Counted from the stretch's first letter, positions 11,995 to 26,380 are shown. The stretch is DNA of 64,000 nucleotides from the human T2T-CHM13v2.0 reference genome, Homo sapiens (GCF_009914755.1 NC_060926.1), one strand, 5' to 3'. The notes: generated by a model not told the origin, from the sequence alone. Numbers and translations: made by a program.

Positions 11995-12550
11995 TTGTAT
12001 TAGTTAGAATATTTTAAGTAGTATAAAACCCAACTCAAAAAGGCCCACAAAGACCTGAAAATATTCATAAGTGTGGTGGTAGTAAGGCTTGGTTTAACTA
12101 GAACTTGGTCTGATTGGCTCAAATATTCTTGGTAATTTCATTCTTTTTGTGTTGATTTCATCTCCATCTTTTCACAAGATGGTTGCAGTAGTACTGAACC
12201 TCACATCTGTAAACAACTACATACAGAGCCTATCTCTTTTGACTTTCTCTTGACAGGGAAACTTTACTTCTATGTTGTCCAGTGAATTTAACCTTCACAT
12301 CTCACTGGCCTAATCATTTAATTAATAACCTGAAATCAAAGGAATACTGTGGGCAGATTGGCTAAGGCCTGGTTTCCTGAAGCAGTTGTAGCAAGAAACT
12401 GGATTACCTTGGGCAAGTCACAGCCATCTTTGAAATGATTAGTATGATCAGTTTCCCTTGAAGTTCACCAGCTATGTAGTCTAGGAGTGTATACCTGAAC
12501 AGATACTAAATTAGGAAAGGGAAAATGGATGCAACCAACAATGTCCTCAA
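11995..12550 (-). mobile_element. Old ERVL LTR (LTR33-like)
   Basis: AAACCCAACTCAAA, AAGATGGTTGCAG...CTCACATCT, GGAAAATGGATGC motifs. Confidence 0.5.
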
Positions 12551-14340
12551 TACAACTTACCCAAGGGGAAGTAACCCTTTTTATTACTTAGTAATTTAAT
12601 ATCCTTGATTTTTTTTTTTTTTTGGTTACAAAAGGCTATTTTGAATTTGCATTCAGACACAGTCATGATGTTTGGCAGATTTAAATGTTAAATAAAAATA
12701 AATTGAAAGATGATCCCATAATACATGTATTTCTGAAGGTAATTGACTGCATAAAAATTTTACATATGGATAGGTTGATGGGGTTGAATGTTTCCAGTTT
12801 AAGATGGGCAGATTTGCCCAAGTCTTTCCCTAGTTTTCTAATTCTCTTTCATAGTATTCTTTCTTCTAAAATATGTCTAAATAGAGGTAAAATCCTTGAC
12901 TATCAATTAAAAAATCTATATATTTGGAAAACTTTCTCAATATAGAAGAAATATTTTTTGGGAGTTGGCGGGTGGAAAGAAATTTGAACAATAGGATAAT
13001 CACTAAAATGCTAGGGCTAAAAGTTTTCGATTTAAAGGTATGCCCCAAAGTCAAAGGTGCAATGCAGAAGGCAGGTGATTTCTGCATTTCTAACTGAGGT
13101 ACCCTGTTCATCTCATTGGGACTGGTTAGGCAGTGGGTGCAGCCCAAGGAGGGCGAGCAGAAGCAGGGTGGGGCATCACCTCACCTGGGAAGTGCAAGGA
13201 GCAGGGGGCCTCCCTTTCCCAGCCAAGGGAAGCCATGAGGGACTGTGCTATCCAGCCCAGATACTATGCTTTTTCCACGGTTTTTGCAATCCACAGACCA
13301 GGAGATTCCTTGTGTGCCTACACCACCAGGACCCTGGGTTTCAAGTGCAAAACTGGGCAATTGTTTGGGCAGACACCAAGCTAGCTGCAGGAGTTTTATT
13401 TTTGTACCCCATTGGCACCTGGAACCCCAGTGGGACAGAACCGTTCACTCCCCTGGAAAGGGGGCTGAAGCCAGGGAGCTAAGTGGTCTCACTCAGCGGG
13501 TCTCACTCCCACAGAGCCTAGCAAACTGAGATCCACTGGCTTGAAATTCTCACCTCCAGCACAGCAGTCTGAAGTCGACCTGGGATGATTGAGCTTAGTT
13601 GGGGGAGGGGTGTCTGCCATTACTGAGGCTTGAATAGGCAGTTTTCCCCGACAGCATGACAAAGGCCTGGAAGTTCAGACTGGGTGGAACTCAACACAGT
13701 GCAGCAAAGCAGCTGTGGTCAGACTGCCTCTCTAGATTCCTCTTCACTGGGCAGGGCATCTCTGAAAGAAAGGCAGCAGTTTCAGTTGGGGGCTTATAGA
13801 TAAAACTCACATCTTCCTGTGACAGAGCACCTGGGGGAAGGGGTGGCTGTGGGTGCAGCTTCACCAGATTTAAACGTTCCTGCTGCCAGCTCTGAAGAAA
13901 GCAGCAGATCCTGACAAGGAGGATTCTCCCAGCACAGCGCTTGTGCTCTCCTAAGGGACAGACTGCCTCCTCAAGTGGGTCCCTGACTCCTGTGCCTCCT
14001 GACTGGGAGAGACCTCCCAACAGGGGTTGACAGACACCTCATACAGAAGAGCTCCATGTGGAATCAGGCCCTTGCCCCTCTGGGACAAAGCTTCCACAGG
14101 AAGGAGCAGGCAGCAATCTTTGCTGTTCTGCAGCCTCTGCTGGTGATACCCAGGCAAATAGCATCTGGAGTGGACCTCCAGCAAACTGCAGGAGACTGGC
14201 AGAAGAGGGGCCTGACTGTTAGAAGAAAAACTACAAACAGTAATAACATCAGTATCCACAAAAATGACCCCCCCCCCGCCAAAGAAACCCCATCCAAAGG
14301 TCATCAGTCTCAAAGATCAAAGGTAGATAAATCCACAAAC

Positions 14341-15393
14341 ATGAGTAAAAAAAAGTGCAAAAATGCTAAAATTCCAAAAACCAGAATGCCTCTTCTCCTC
14401 CAAATGATCATAACTCCTCTCCAGGAAGAGCACAAAACTGGACGGAGAATGAGTTTGATGAATTGACAAATGTGGGCTTCAGAAGGTGGGTAATAACAAA
14501 CTCCTCTGAGCTAAAGAAGCATTTTCTAACTCAATGCAAGGAAGCTAAGAACCTTGATAAAAGGTTACAGGAACTGCAAACTAGAATAACCAGTTTAGAG
14601 AAGAACATAAATGACCTAGATGGAGTTGAAAAACATAGCATGAGAACTTCGTGAAGCAAACACAAGTGTAAATAGCCGAATTGATCAAGCGGAAGAAAGG
14701 ATATCAGTGATTGAAGATCAACTTAATGAAATAAGGCGTGAAGACAAGATTAGAGAAAAAAGAATAAAAAGGAACAAACAAAGCCAAGAAATATGGGACT
14801 GTGTGAAAAGACCAAACCTATAATTGATTGGTGTACCTGAAAGTGACAGGGAGAATGGAACCGAGTTAAAAAACACACTTCAGGATATTATCCAGGAAAA
14901 CTTCCCCAACCTAGCAAGACAGGCCAACATTCAAATTTAGGAAATACAGAGAACACCACTAGATACTCCTCGAGAAGAGCAACCCCAAGATACATAATCA
15001 TCAGATTCTCAAAGGTTGAAATGGAGGAAAAAATGTTAAGGGCAGCCAGAGAGAAAAGTCAGGTAACTTACAAAGGGAAGCCCATCAGAATAACAGTGGA
15101 TCTCTCTGCAAAACCCTACAAGCCAGAAAGGAGTGGGGGGCCAATGTTCAACATTCTTAAAGAAAAGAATTCTCAAACCAGAATTTCATATCCAGCCAAA
15201 CTAAGCTTCATAAGTGAAGGAGAAATAAAATCCTTTACAGACAAGCAAATGCTGAGGGATTTTGTCACCACCAGGCCTGCCTTACAAGAGCTCCTGAAGG
15301 AAGCACTAAATATGGAAAGGAAAAACCGGTACCAGCAACTGCAAAAACACACCAAAATACAAAGACCAATGACACTATGAAGAAACTGCATTA
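14341..15393 (+). pseudogene. L1 ORF1p, disrupted
   Basis: Fragments such as YPAKLSFISEGEIKSFTDKQMLRDF in several frames. Confidence 0.92.
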
Positions 15394-15429
15394 ACTAATG
15401 GGCAAAATAACCAACAAAATAATAGCATC

Positions 15430-18400
15430 ATGATGACAAAATCAAATTCACACATAACAGCATTAACCTTAAATGTAAATTGGCTAAATGCCCCAATTAA
15501 AAGACACGGACTGACAAATTGGTTAGAGTCAAGACCCATCAGTGTAAAGGGATCAATGCAACAAGAAGAGCTAACTATTCTAAATGTGTATGCACCCAAT
15601 ACAGGAGCACCCAGATTCATAAAGCGCGTTCTTAGAGACCTACAAAGAGACTTAGACATCCACATGTTAATAGTGGGGGACTATAACACCTCACTTTCAA
15701 TATTAGACAGATCAACGAGACAGAAAATTAACAAGGATATTCAGGACTTAAACTCAGCTCTGGACCAAGTGCACCTAATAAATATCTACAGGACTCTCCA
15801 CCCTGAATCAACAGAATATACATTTCTTTCAACACCACATAGCACTTATTCTAAAATCGACCACATAATTGGAAGTAAAACACTCTTCAGCAAATGCAAA
15901 AGAATGGAAATCATAACAAACAGTCTCTCAGACCACAGTGCAATCAAATTAGAACTCAGGATTAAGAAACTCACTCAAAACTACACAACTACATGGAAAC
16001 TGAACAACCTGCTCCTGAATGACTACTGGGTAAATAACGAAATGAAGGCAGAAATCAAGAAGTTCTTTGAAACCAATGAGAACAAAGAGACAATGTACCA
16101 GAATCTCTGGGACACAGCTAAAGCACTGTTGAGAGGGAAATTTATAGCAATAAATGCCCACATCAGAAAGCAGAAATGATCTAAAATCGACACCCTAACA
16201 TCACAATTAAAAGAACAAGAGAAAGAAGAGCAAAGAAATTCAAAAGCTAGCAGAAGAGAAGAAATAACTAAGATAAGAACAGAACTGAAGGAGATAGAGA
16301 CACAAAAACCCTTCAAAAAAAATCAATGAATCCAGGAGCTGGGTTTTTGAAAAGATTAACAAAATAGATAGATCACTAGCCAGACTAATAAGAAGAGAAT
16401 AGAAGAATCAAATAGACACAATAAAAAATTATAAAGGGGATATCACCACTGATCTCACAGAAATACAAACTACCATCAGAAAATACTATAAACACCTCTG
16501 TGCAGGCAAACTAGAAAATCTAGAAGAAATGAATACATTCCTGGACACATATACCCTCCCAAGACTAAACCAGGAAGAAGTTGAATCCCTGAATAGACCA
16601 ATAACAAGTTCTGAAATCGAGGCAGTAATTAATAGCCTACCAACCAAAAAAAACCCAGGACTAGATGGATTCACAGCCAAATTCTACCAGAGGTACAAAG
16701 AGGAGTTGGTACCATTCCTTCTGAAACTATTCTAAACAATAGAAAAAGAGGGAATCCTCCCTAACTCATTTTATGAGGCCAGAATCCTCCTGATTCCAAA
16801 ATCTGGCAGAGACACAACAAAAGAAAATTTCAGGCCAATATCCCTGATGAACATCATGCAAAAATCTTCAATAAAATACTAGCAAACTGAATCCAGAAGC
16901 ACATCAAAAAGCTTATCCACCATGATCAAGTTGGTTTCATCTCTGGGATGCAAGGCTGGGTCAACATACAGAAATCAATAAATGTAATCCATCACATAAA
17001 CAGAACCAATGACAAAAACCACATGATTATCTCAATAGATGCAGAAAAGGCCATTGGTAAAATTCAACACCGCTTCATGCTAAAAACTCTCAATAAACTA
17101 GTTATTAATGGAACAAATCTCAAATAATATGAGCTATTTATGACAAACCCATATCTAATAATCATACTGAGTCGGCAAAAGCTGGAAGCAGTCCCTTGGA
17201 GAACTGGCATAAGACAAGGATGCCCTCTCTCACCACTCCTATTTAACATAGTATTGGAAGTTCTGGCCAGGGCAATCAGGCAAGAAAAAGAAATAAAGGG
17301 TATTCAAATAGGAAGAGAGGAAGTCAAATTGCCTCTGTTTGCAGATGACATGATTGTATATTTAGAAAACCCCATTATCTGAGCCCCAAAACTCTGTAAC
17401 CTGATAAGCAACTTCAGCAAATCTCAGGATACAAAATCAATGTGCAAAAATCACAAGCATTCCTAATACACCAGTAGTAGAGAAGCAGAGAGCCAAATCA
17501 TGAGTGAACTTCCACTCACAATTGCTACAAAGATAAAATACCTAGGAATACAACTTACAAGGGATGTGAAGGACCTCTTCAAGGAGAACTACAAACCACT
17601 GCTCAAGGAAATAAGAGAGGACACAAATGGAAAAACATTCCATGCTCATGGATAGGAAGAATCAATATCATGAAAATGGCCATACTGCCCAAAGGAATTT
17701 ATAGATTCAATGCTATTCCCATCAAGCTATCACTGGGTTTCTTCACAGAATTAGAAAAAACTACTTTAAATTTCATATGGAACCAAAAAAGAGCACATAT
17801 AGCCAGGACAATCCTAAGCAAAAAGAACAAAGCTGGAGGCATCATGCTACTTGACTTCAAACTATACTCAAGGCCACAGTAACTAAAACAGCACAGTACT
17901 GGTACCACCACATATATATCAACCAATGGAACAGAACAGAGGCCTCAGAAATAACACCGCACGTCTACAACCATCTGATCTTTGACAAACCTGACAAAAG
18001 CAATGGAGAAAGGACTCCCTCTTTAATAAATGGTGTTGGGAAAACTGGTTAGCCATATGGAGAAAACAGAAACTAGACCCCTTCTTTACACCTTATACAG
18101 AAACTAACTCAAGATGGATTAAAGACTTAAACAGAAAACCTAAAACCATTAAAACCCTAGAAGAAAACCTAGGCAATTCCATTCAGCACATAGGCATGGG
18201 CAAAGACTTCATAACTGAAACACCAAAAGCAATTGCAACAAAAGCCAAAATTGACAAATGGGATCTAATTAAACTAAAGAGCTTCTGCACAGCCAAAGAA
18301 ACTGCCATCACAGTGAACAGGCAACCTACAGAATGGGAGAAAATTTTTGCAATCTATCCATCGGACAAAGGGCTAATATTCAGAATCTTCAGAAACTTAA

Positions 18401-19050
18401 ACAAATTTACAAGAAACAAACAACCCCATCAACAAGTTGGCAAAGGGTATGAACAGACACTTCTCAAAGGAATACATTTATGCAGCCAACCAACATATGA
18501 AAAAAAGCTCATCATCGCTGGTCATCAGAGAAATGCAAATCAAAACCACAATGAGATACCATCTCATGCCAGTTAGAATGGCGATCATTATAAAGTCAGG
18601 AAACAACAGATGCTGGAGAGGATGTGGAGAAATAGGAACACTTTTACTCTGTTGGTGGGATTGTAAATTAGTTCAACCATTGTGGAACACAGTGTGGCAA
18701 TTCCTCAAGGATCTAGAAGCAGAATTACCACTTGACCCAGCACTCCAATTACTGGGGATATACCCAAAGGAATATAAATCATTCTACTATAAGGACACAT
18801 GCACACTTATATTTATTGCAGCACTATTTACCATAGCAAAGACTTGGAACCAACCCAGATGCCCGTCAATGATAGATCGGATAAAGAAAATGTGGCACAT
18901 ATACACCATGGAATACTATGCAGCCATAAAAAAGAATGAGTTCATGTGTTTTCAGGGACGTGGATGAAGCTAGAAACCAACATCTTCAGCAAACTAACAC
19001 AGGAACAGAAAACCAAACACTGCATGTTCTCACTCATAGGTGGGAGTTAA
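15430..19050 (+). pseudogene. L1 ORF2p (endonuclease/reverse transcriptase), disrupted
   Basis: YAPNTG, GDYN, SDH, QGCPLSP, FADD and CWRGCGE motifs; many stops and frameshifts; deletion in the endonuclease domain. Confidence 0.95.
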
Positions 19051-19311
19051 ACAATGAGAACACATGGACATAGAAAGGGGAACATCACACACCGGGGCCT
19101 GTCAGGGGGTGCAAGGCAAGGGAAGGGAGAGCATTAGGAAATAGCTAATGCATGCGGGGTTTAAAACCTAGATGATGGGTTGATAGGTGCAGCAAACCAC
19201 CATGGCACATGTACACCTATGTAACAAACCTGCAGTTTCAGGACATGTACCCCAGAACTTAAAGTAAAAAAAGAAAAATGATTTTTAGATAATGATGCAC
19301 CTAATCCTTGT

Positions 19312-19339
19312 ACACACACACAGACACACACACACACAC
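19312..19339. repeat. (CA)n microsatellite
   Basis: Direct reading, one interruption. Confidence 0.9.
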
Positions 19340-21284
19340 TTGCCAGTAATATAAACTGCGAACTTGAGGAGACTTATTTTAAAATGCTATTTTTCTCTCC
19401 AGAGAATCTATGGAACTTTACGTAGTGTGAAGTTTCGTGCCTAGAAATGGAAGGCAAAATCAACAACGAAAAAATGTTTTAAAATAATAAAATTTAAGAA
19501 TGCATTGATGATAATTTTTAATTCCTACTTTTCTGAATTTGATGACATCACTTTATTTTTCCACCTCACAGTCTTTGAGGATGGTGTCTACATTTAGACA
19601 ACAATTCCTAATTTTCTGGCTCTGCTTTGTTTCCAGACGATTCTTTTCTTTATAGTGGACTTGGCAGTTAAATCAATTCCCTTAAGTACAGTTTGCTGAA
19701 ATAAAGGCAGGTTCAGGGTCCTTTCTGGGGGCAGCACCAGCCAGTATTTTATTATCTCTTCCAAATCATGACACTCAATGAAGTGTGGAACTGATAAAAG
19801 ATTAATTTACTTTAAGGTCCAAGAGTGAAAACATAATAGAAAATGAGAAGTTTCATCATAAATGCATCAATGATGTTGTCCAGGGAGATTTGGTGATGGT
19901 GAAACTATCTCATAGCCACAGAAATTGCATCTCACCTTCTTCATGACTGACACTGTAATGGAATCTCAGACTGTCTCAGCATACCGTCTGTACCAGCTTC
20001 ATTTTCTCTTTCAGGTACAAAGCAATGTTTCTGGTTTGACCCATTGTCCCAAGCCTGGCAGAGAGCTTCTTTGGCATTCACCCAAAGGACAATAGGGAAG
20101 CGATCTAGCTAAAATTACATATTGATCTCCCTTCAACCAGCTTGCTTTCCAGTTAAATTACCCTGTTTCTTCCTAAAGGCATGACTATGAGTTTTCAAAA
20201 CCTGCTCACCCTGCTTCTTAGTTGGTAATTTTTCCTCTTAAAGTCTTCTGATTTCGATTCTGAAATATTTAAATAACTTATTGTTACTAAAACAGTACTA
20301 ATTTTAAAGCCCTGTAAGTACAGACGTTCAATAAAAAACAATTCTAGAAGTAGGTAAAATTAAATGTTTGCTCATATAATTTTACTACTATGGAAATCTT
20401 GAATAGTCTCCTTCTTATTCCTCTTACCTAGTATGGTTTCCTTATAATGAAATTTCTGTACTACTCAAAAATTCTCCTTCTTTATTAATTTTTAATAATT
20501 GTTAAGTCTCTTGAGGTAGGAAGCAATGTTTATGCTCCCCCGACTTTTTTTTTTTTTAAACTTCAGATGCACAGACTTAATTGTATTACTTGGTTTATGG
20601 CACATTCTCATTAGTCCATGAAAGGTCCTTCTCTGGTAATGCAGTAAGTCAGAGAATAGTGCTCACCAATTGATTAAAGTCTTATCACTTGAGAAACTTC
20701 TTCAAAGTAGGACGTGGATAAGAATACTGAAAATTAATCAGAAATTTCCTTTATACATACATTAGAAGTTATTGACAGTTTCTTAGCGGGTTATAATTGG
20801 AATCTAACACGAGAACTGTCGTATATTCTTTATATTTTATTGTATATTAATATGAATGTTAAAGGCCATATCATTGAATGAGATTTAACTTTTGTAGTTC
20901 TATAGGTAAGTTGACTAACTATGTTAAGAATTATTAAAGGTAGGTGCCTAATCTAGTGAACTCTACCTATCTGTTCTAGGCAAAATCAGAGGTTTGGAGT
21001 ATGTACAATCACGAAAGTTGCACCCTTTATAGAATTCTGTCTTAACAAGGCTCAATTCTGTCTGAATTCTACAAGTTGCATAGTTATTTACTAAATTTTA
21101 ATTGTTGTTGTGCTTGATGATGATGAAGAAAATGTTTCTATGCTAAAAATGTTCAATCATACATTGGAAAAAAATATTCCCATGGGTGCAAATAATACTT
21201 CTACAGCCTGGAAGATTCTAGAATAGCATCTCTCATATATTTTCGACTGAGGATAAGACATGCATTTTCTCTATTGACCCATTT

Positions 21285-21321
21285 TGTGTGTGTGTGTGTG
21301 TGTGTGTGTCTGTGTGTGTGT
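21285..21321. repeat. (TG)n microsatellite
   Basis: Direct reading, one TC interruption. Confidence 0.95.
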
Positions 21322-22356
21322 AGCTAAAACAAAAGTTTCACAAACAACACTTTCCATTGCTATGTAAAATGCACTCTGTTTTTTCTATCCTTTTGAATTT
21401 TAAAAATTGACCCACTTAATTGATTTTGTTGATAAGTCAAAAGTATCATTGAAAAGATACTGTTCTAGGAAATGGGCCTTACAGAACAATAAAGTTCATA
21501 AGAGCATTCTGTGTTTTGAAAAACAAAGGGGAGAGGTTAAGAAAGAACAGCAAGAAATGCAAAGCAGAGAGTAATTTCACCAATGTGGTCATTACAAAAG
21601 TCACCTTTGTCTTTCCAGTTACAGTAGACATGTGGCTGAAAACTTTTTGAAGGAGCAACTTAAACCTTATGCATGGGGTATATAAATTCTTATAGTTTGC
21701 TTATACTGGTAGAGAATTATTCTGGTAGAGAAAGGATTTATTATTTTAGCAATCCATAGAATTGGAAAAATTAAAATTGCATTTTTAAAATGTATAATAT
21801 ATAGGAATATTTATCAAAATTACTTTGATAATGTATCATTTAAAAGTTATATTACATGCATATAAAATTATAAGTACATACACAGATAAATATATATACA
21901 ATATCTATTATAATTGCATACATATGTACTTATGTTCCACCCATAAGGCATCAAGCAATTTGCATTTTCCCTTGTGTTCTGGGTTCCAGTCACCTGATTT
22001 TCTCCCTGTTTGCCTGGTGGGCAATCTCAGGGGCTTAGGCATGTTGTTTACTGTCCAGGATGCTACCTTCTATGCCATTCTGCCTGTCTCTACATAGTTT
22101 AGTTTTCATTTCCTTTAAATCTTACCACAATTTTCATACTATCAAGTCTGTCTTAATTCTCTCAAGACTAAATCATGTCTACTTCTATTATGATCTTATA
22201 ATATATTTTTCCTTATAGGTTCAGAGCACCATGTTCATTTTGGCTCACCATTTTTTCTACAATGTCCTATGTAGTGTCTGGTACATAATAGTGCTTAAAT
22301 GTTTGCTTCATGATTAAATGCATCCTAATAATTAATATACCAATTACTTTTTAAAA

Positions 22357-22801
22357 AAATTATACTTTAAGTTCTAGGGTACATGTGCACAATGTGCAGG
22401 TTTGTTACGTATGTATACATGTGCTGTATTGGTTTGCTGCATCCGTTAACTTGTCATTTACATTAGGTATTTCTTTTAATGCTATCCCTCCCCCATCCCC
22501 CCACCCAACAACAGGTCCTGGTGTGTGATGTTCCCCACCCTGTGTCCAAGTGTTCTCATTGTTCAATTCCCACCTATGAGTGAGAACATGCGGTGTTTGG
22601 TTTTTTGTCCTTGCGATAGTTTGCTCAGAATGATGGTTTCCAGCTTCATCCATGTTGCTACAAAGGACATGAACTCATCCTTTTTTATGGCTGCATAGTA
22701 TTCCATGGTGTATATGTGCCACATTTTCTTAATCCAGTCTATCATTGATGGACATATGGGTTGGTTCCAAGTCTTTGCTATTGTGAATAGTGCTGCAATA
22801 A
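22357..22801 (-). mobile_element. 5'-truncated L1PA 3' end with TSD
   Basis: L1 3' UTR and ORF2 C-terminus; AATTACTTTTT at 22342 and 22801, followed by a TTTT/AA site. Confidence 0.95.
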
Positions 22802-24149
22802 ATTACTTTTTTAAAAGGTAGGTGAGTCAGCATTTACAACTTACTATTTTCCAGATCTCCTCATAACTTTCTGCCTGCATCATAGTTGTCTTTGTACAAG
22901 AACACATTTATTCCTCTTTTACATTTTTATCCATTATATAGATCTAACTGGTGTGTGGTAGGTACAAAATAAATGTTTATTGAATTGATTCTTTTAGGCA
23001 AAATGCATATGTTATTCAGAGTCAGGTAATGGGACCTGTGGAGAGTCTATGATATTTCTAGCATAACATTAGAGCAAATTTACATAGTCATTATGGTTGA
23101 GTTTATTGATTTTCATCTTTTAGAATCAATTTAATGAGAAGCAAAGAAAATAAGTTTGCGTGTTAATATGCTTATGTTACAATGTGTGTTCAAGAGCTCT
23201 TGTGGAAAGTCAGTGTAATGAAAATATGTGTTTAGTATGTTATTTATAGTTAACAGCTAACCAATACAAATCTAAAAATAACAATATAAATATCCAACAC
23301 TGAGAAGAGAAGGAGAGGAGGAGGAAGAAAGGTAAATAAATGTCTCACATTTTATATTGATGACAGTCAGTAGATACTATCTAAAGTTAATAAGTTAGGA
23401 CAATAAAACAAACTTATTATTTATACTTATGGAGATATCAAAACCCTGTAGAAACTGAAACAGTTAAGAGATATCATCCCTGGGGAGTGTATCTGTTGAA
23501 GGGGAGAAATTGGATGAGAGACTGATTCTTTTCATCATAGATTTTTTGTATTAACAAGGGAAAAATCTAGGAGAAAAAGTTATGCAGAATTCTACTTTAT
23601 GATTCAGCTTCCTTAAACCTATTTTTGAGGTCCATGCATTTTTCTTGCCTCTGGCTGTTCTTTGGTGTCTTACTGGGAACTGATTATAATGATTTTTTCT
23701 TTACAGCAAGTGTCGAATTGCTGTTACAGAAAGTAGTCAGGCCTTTACACTAGAACACTTTTATGGGTGGAAATCTGGATTCCTAGAACACTGGCTTCTG
23801 CATACTATGCTAGGGTCTAGAGTTTTTAAACAAACCGGAAAGATTTAACATTTCTTAAACTTCCTCGTAAGCAGCAGCAATGCTAGAAAACCTATTTAGT
23901 TGTTCATTATAGTTCCATCCAAGGGAATAGCATATATTCTTCATTGTTGCTGCTCTGTTTAGACACAGGAATGCACAAAGGACACTTAAAAATGGTCACA
24001 TTTGTGAGTAGATATTTATGAGAATGCTGATTATTTATTGAAAGTAAGAGTTCTGGAGACTCAGAAGTCTATGTTAAGAGGAGGAGAGTTCATATTTTTA
24101 GTTTCCAGAGCTTCGGAGGAAGGAGCTAGTGGTCTTTTTAAAAAAATTA

Positions 24150-26380
24150 ATAAGCTTTCTTTTTTAGAGTAGTATTAGGTACATAGCAAACTCTAGCAGA
24201 AGGTACAGAGATTTTCTATGTTATACCCCCGACCATGCATGCATAGACGCTGCCATCATTTTCAACATTTCCCACCAGAGGATGTTAATGATTGTTACGA
24301 TTGATGAACCTACACTGGCATGCAGTAATCACTTAAAGTCCATCCTTTAAATTAGGGTTCTTTCTTGCTGTTATACATTTTATGAGTTTGGAAAAATCTA
24401 TAATGACATGTTGTAGTGTGAATTCTTGCAATTTTATGCTGCCTCAGCATCCAGTTTGAATACAGGTTTAACTTTCTTGTATCAGAAGCAGAACTCAGTC
24501 ATCCTCAACAGAATTTCTAGTGCTAAACCACATAAAAATTAGTCGAGTCCTGGCCAAAGATAAGAACTTCAAGACATCTTTCCCACCTAGCAGACTGGGC
24601 TCCTGCTTTTCCTCTGCTACCTTTAAAGAGACCATCCAGGGCACTTGTCCACAAATTTGAGGTGTTCTACACCCTATTCCTTCATATATACTGCTAATTG
24701 CCATGTGCACTTGTGCTCTGTCTCTCTAACTCTTCATTCTTGCCTCACGTGACCCACGGATGGAAGACTGCTCTCCCAGCTCATTGTAGCTTCCTTGCCC
24801 AGGATCTGTAAGTAAAAATCTTTCAACTGATTTCCTACTGTGGTGGTATACTGTATTTGCACCTTCCATCTGAGGAACAAGGGCTACCCAAGGATGGATT
24901 TTCTCTGGGACTCTGGGGAGAATGCGAGATTGGTCTCTCACAGCCAGAGTGATGGTCAGGCAGATGCAAACTGGACATGGGTCAGACGAAAGCCACAAGG
25001 GCATCTGCCAGTATAAACAAGTTTCCCATATGAAGGATCCCCTGGTTGCAGATTGAACAATTAGAGATTAGGCCCTTTTCCAGGTAAAAGAAGCATCCTG
25101 AAAAAGGCACACAGGATACTTCCCATATCCAGTTTCCCCTCATTTCCTGTTAGGGCAGTAATGCTTGCTGCTCTGGTACTATAATCTCAGTTTAGCAAGG
25201 GGATCTCAAAACACATGTGTTTTGTTTATCATTATAGCATCATACAGAGTAGCTTCACCACCCTAAAACTCCTCCATGCTCTACCTATTCATCCCTCTCC
25301 ATCCCTACCCTGCTGCGTGGCAACCACTGATCTTTTCACTGCCTTCGTAGTTTTGCCTTTTCCAGGATGTCCTATCTTTGGAATCATAGAGTATAGAGAC
25401 TTTTCAGACTGGCTTCTTTCACTTAGTAGTATGCATTTAAGTTTCCTTCATGTCTTTCATAGCGTGGTAGCTTATTTTTTTAGCACTAAATAATATTCCA
25501 TTGTATCGATGTATCACAGTTTATTTATCAATTTATCTACTTAAGGACACCTTGGTTGCTTCCCAGTTTTGGCAATTATGAATGAAACTGCTATAAACAT
25601 CTGTGCTGGTTTTTTGTGTGGACATAAGTTTTCAGCTCCTTAGGGTAAATACCAAGGAGTGTGATTGCTGGATCATATGGTAAGAATATGTTAGTTTTGA
25701 AAGAACTTGCTAGACTGTTTTACAAAGTGGATGTTCTATTTTGCATTCCCACCAGCAGTGAGTAGGAGTTCCTGTTGCTCCACATTCTTGTCAGCATTTG
25801 GTGGTGTTAGTGTTCTGGATGTTAGCCATTCTAATAGATGTGTAGTGCTATCTCATTGTTGTAATTTGCATTTTCCTGATGACATATGATGTAAAGCATC
25901 TTTTATATGCTAACTTGCATCACCCTTCTTGGTGAGGTGTCTGTTAGGGTCTTTGGCCCATTTTTTAATCAGTTTCTTCTTTCCTTATTGTTGAGTTTTA
26001 GGAGTTATTTGTTTGCTTTGTATAACAATCTTTTATTAGGCATGTCTTTTGCAAATATTTGCCCCAATCTGTGGCTTCTCTTGCTATTCTCCTGACAGTG
26101 TCTTTTGCAGAGTAGAATTTGTGAATTTTAATGATGTTCAGTTTATCAATTCTCCTTTCATAGATCATGCCTTTGGTGTTGTATCTAAAAAGTGATCGCC
26201 AAACCTTAGGTCGTACAGATCTTCTCTTATTTTTTAAGAGTTTTACCATTTTATGTTTTACATTTAGGTCTGTCATTCACTTTGAGTTAATTTTTGTGAA
26301 GAATGTAAGGTTTATGTTTAGATGTATTTTTTTGTTTTGTTTTGTATGCAGATGTCCGGTTATTCCAGCACCATTTAGTG
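24150..26380 (-). mobile_element. L1MC-like 3' region, interrupted by a solo LTR
   Basis: GATGAACCTACACTG 3' UTR motif; ORF2-like remnant (RIDKLNIIKIHKFYSAKDTV) on minus strand. Confidence 0.88.
24412..25213. mobile_element. Complete solo LTR (ERVL, MER54/73/74 group)
   Basis: TG...CA termini with perfect 5-bp TSD CATGT (24407-24411, 25214-25218); host L1 resumes after it. Confidence 0.88.

Larger units (their letters stand above)
13061..19278 (+). mobile_element. Near-full-length defective LINE-1 (L1PA7/8-like)
   Basis: 5' UTR from AATGCAGAAGGC, ORF1 and ORF2 remnants, 3' UTR ending CCAGAACTTAAAGT plus A-tail; first ~55-60 nt missing; no TSD seen. Confidence 0.97.
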
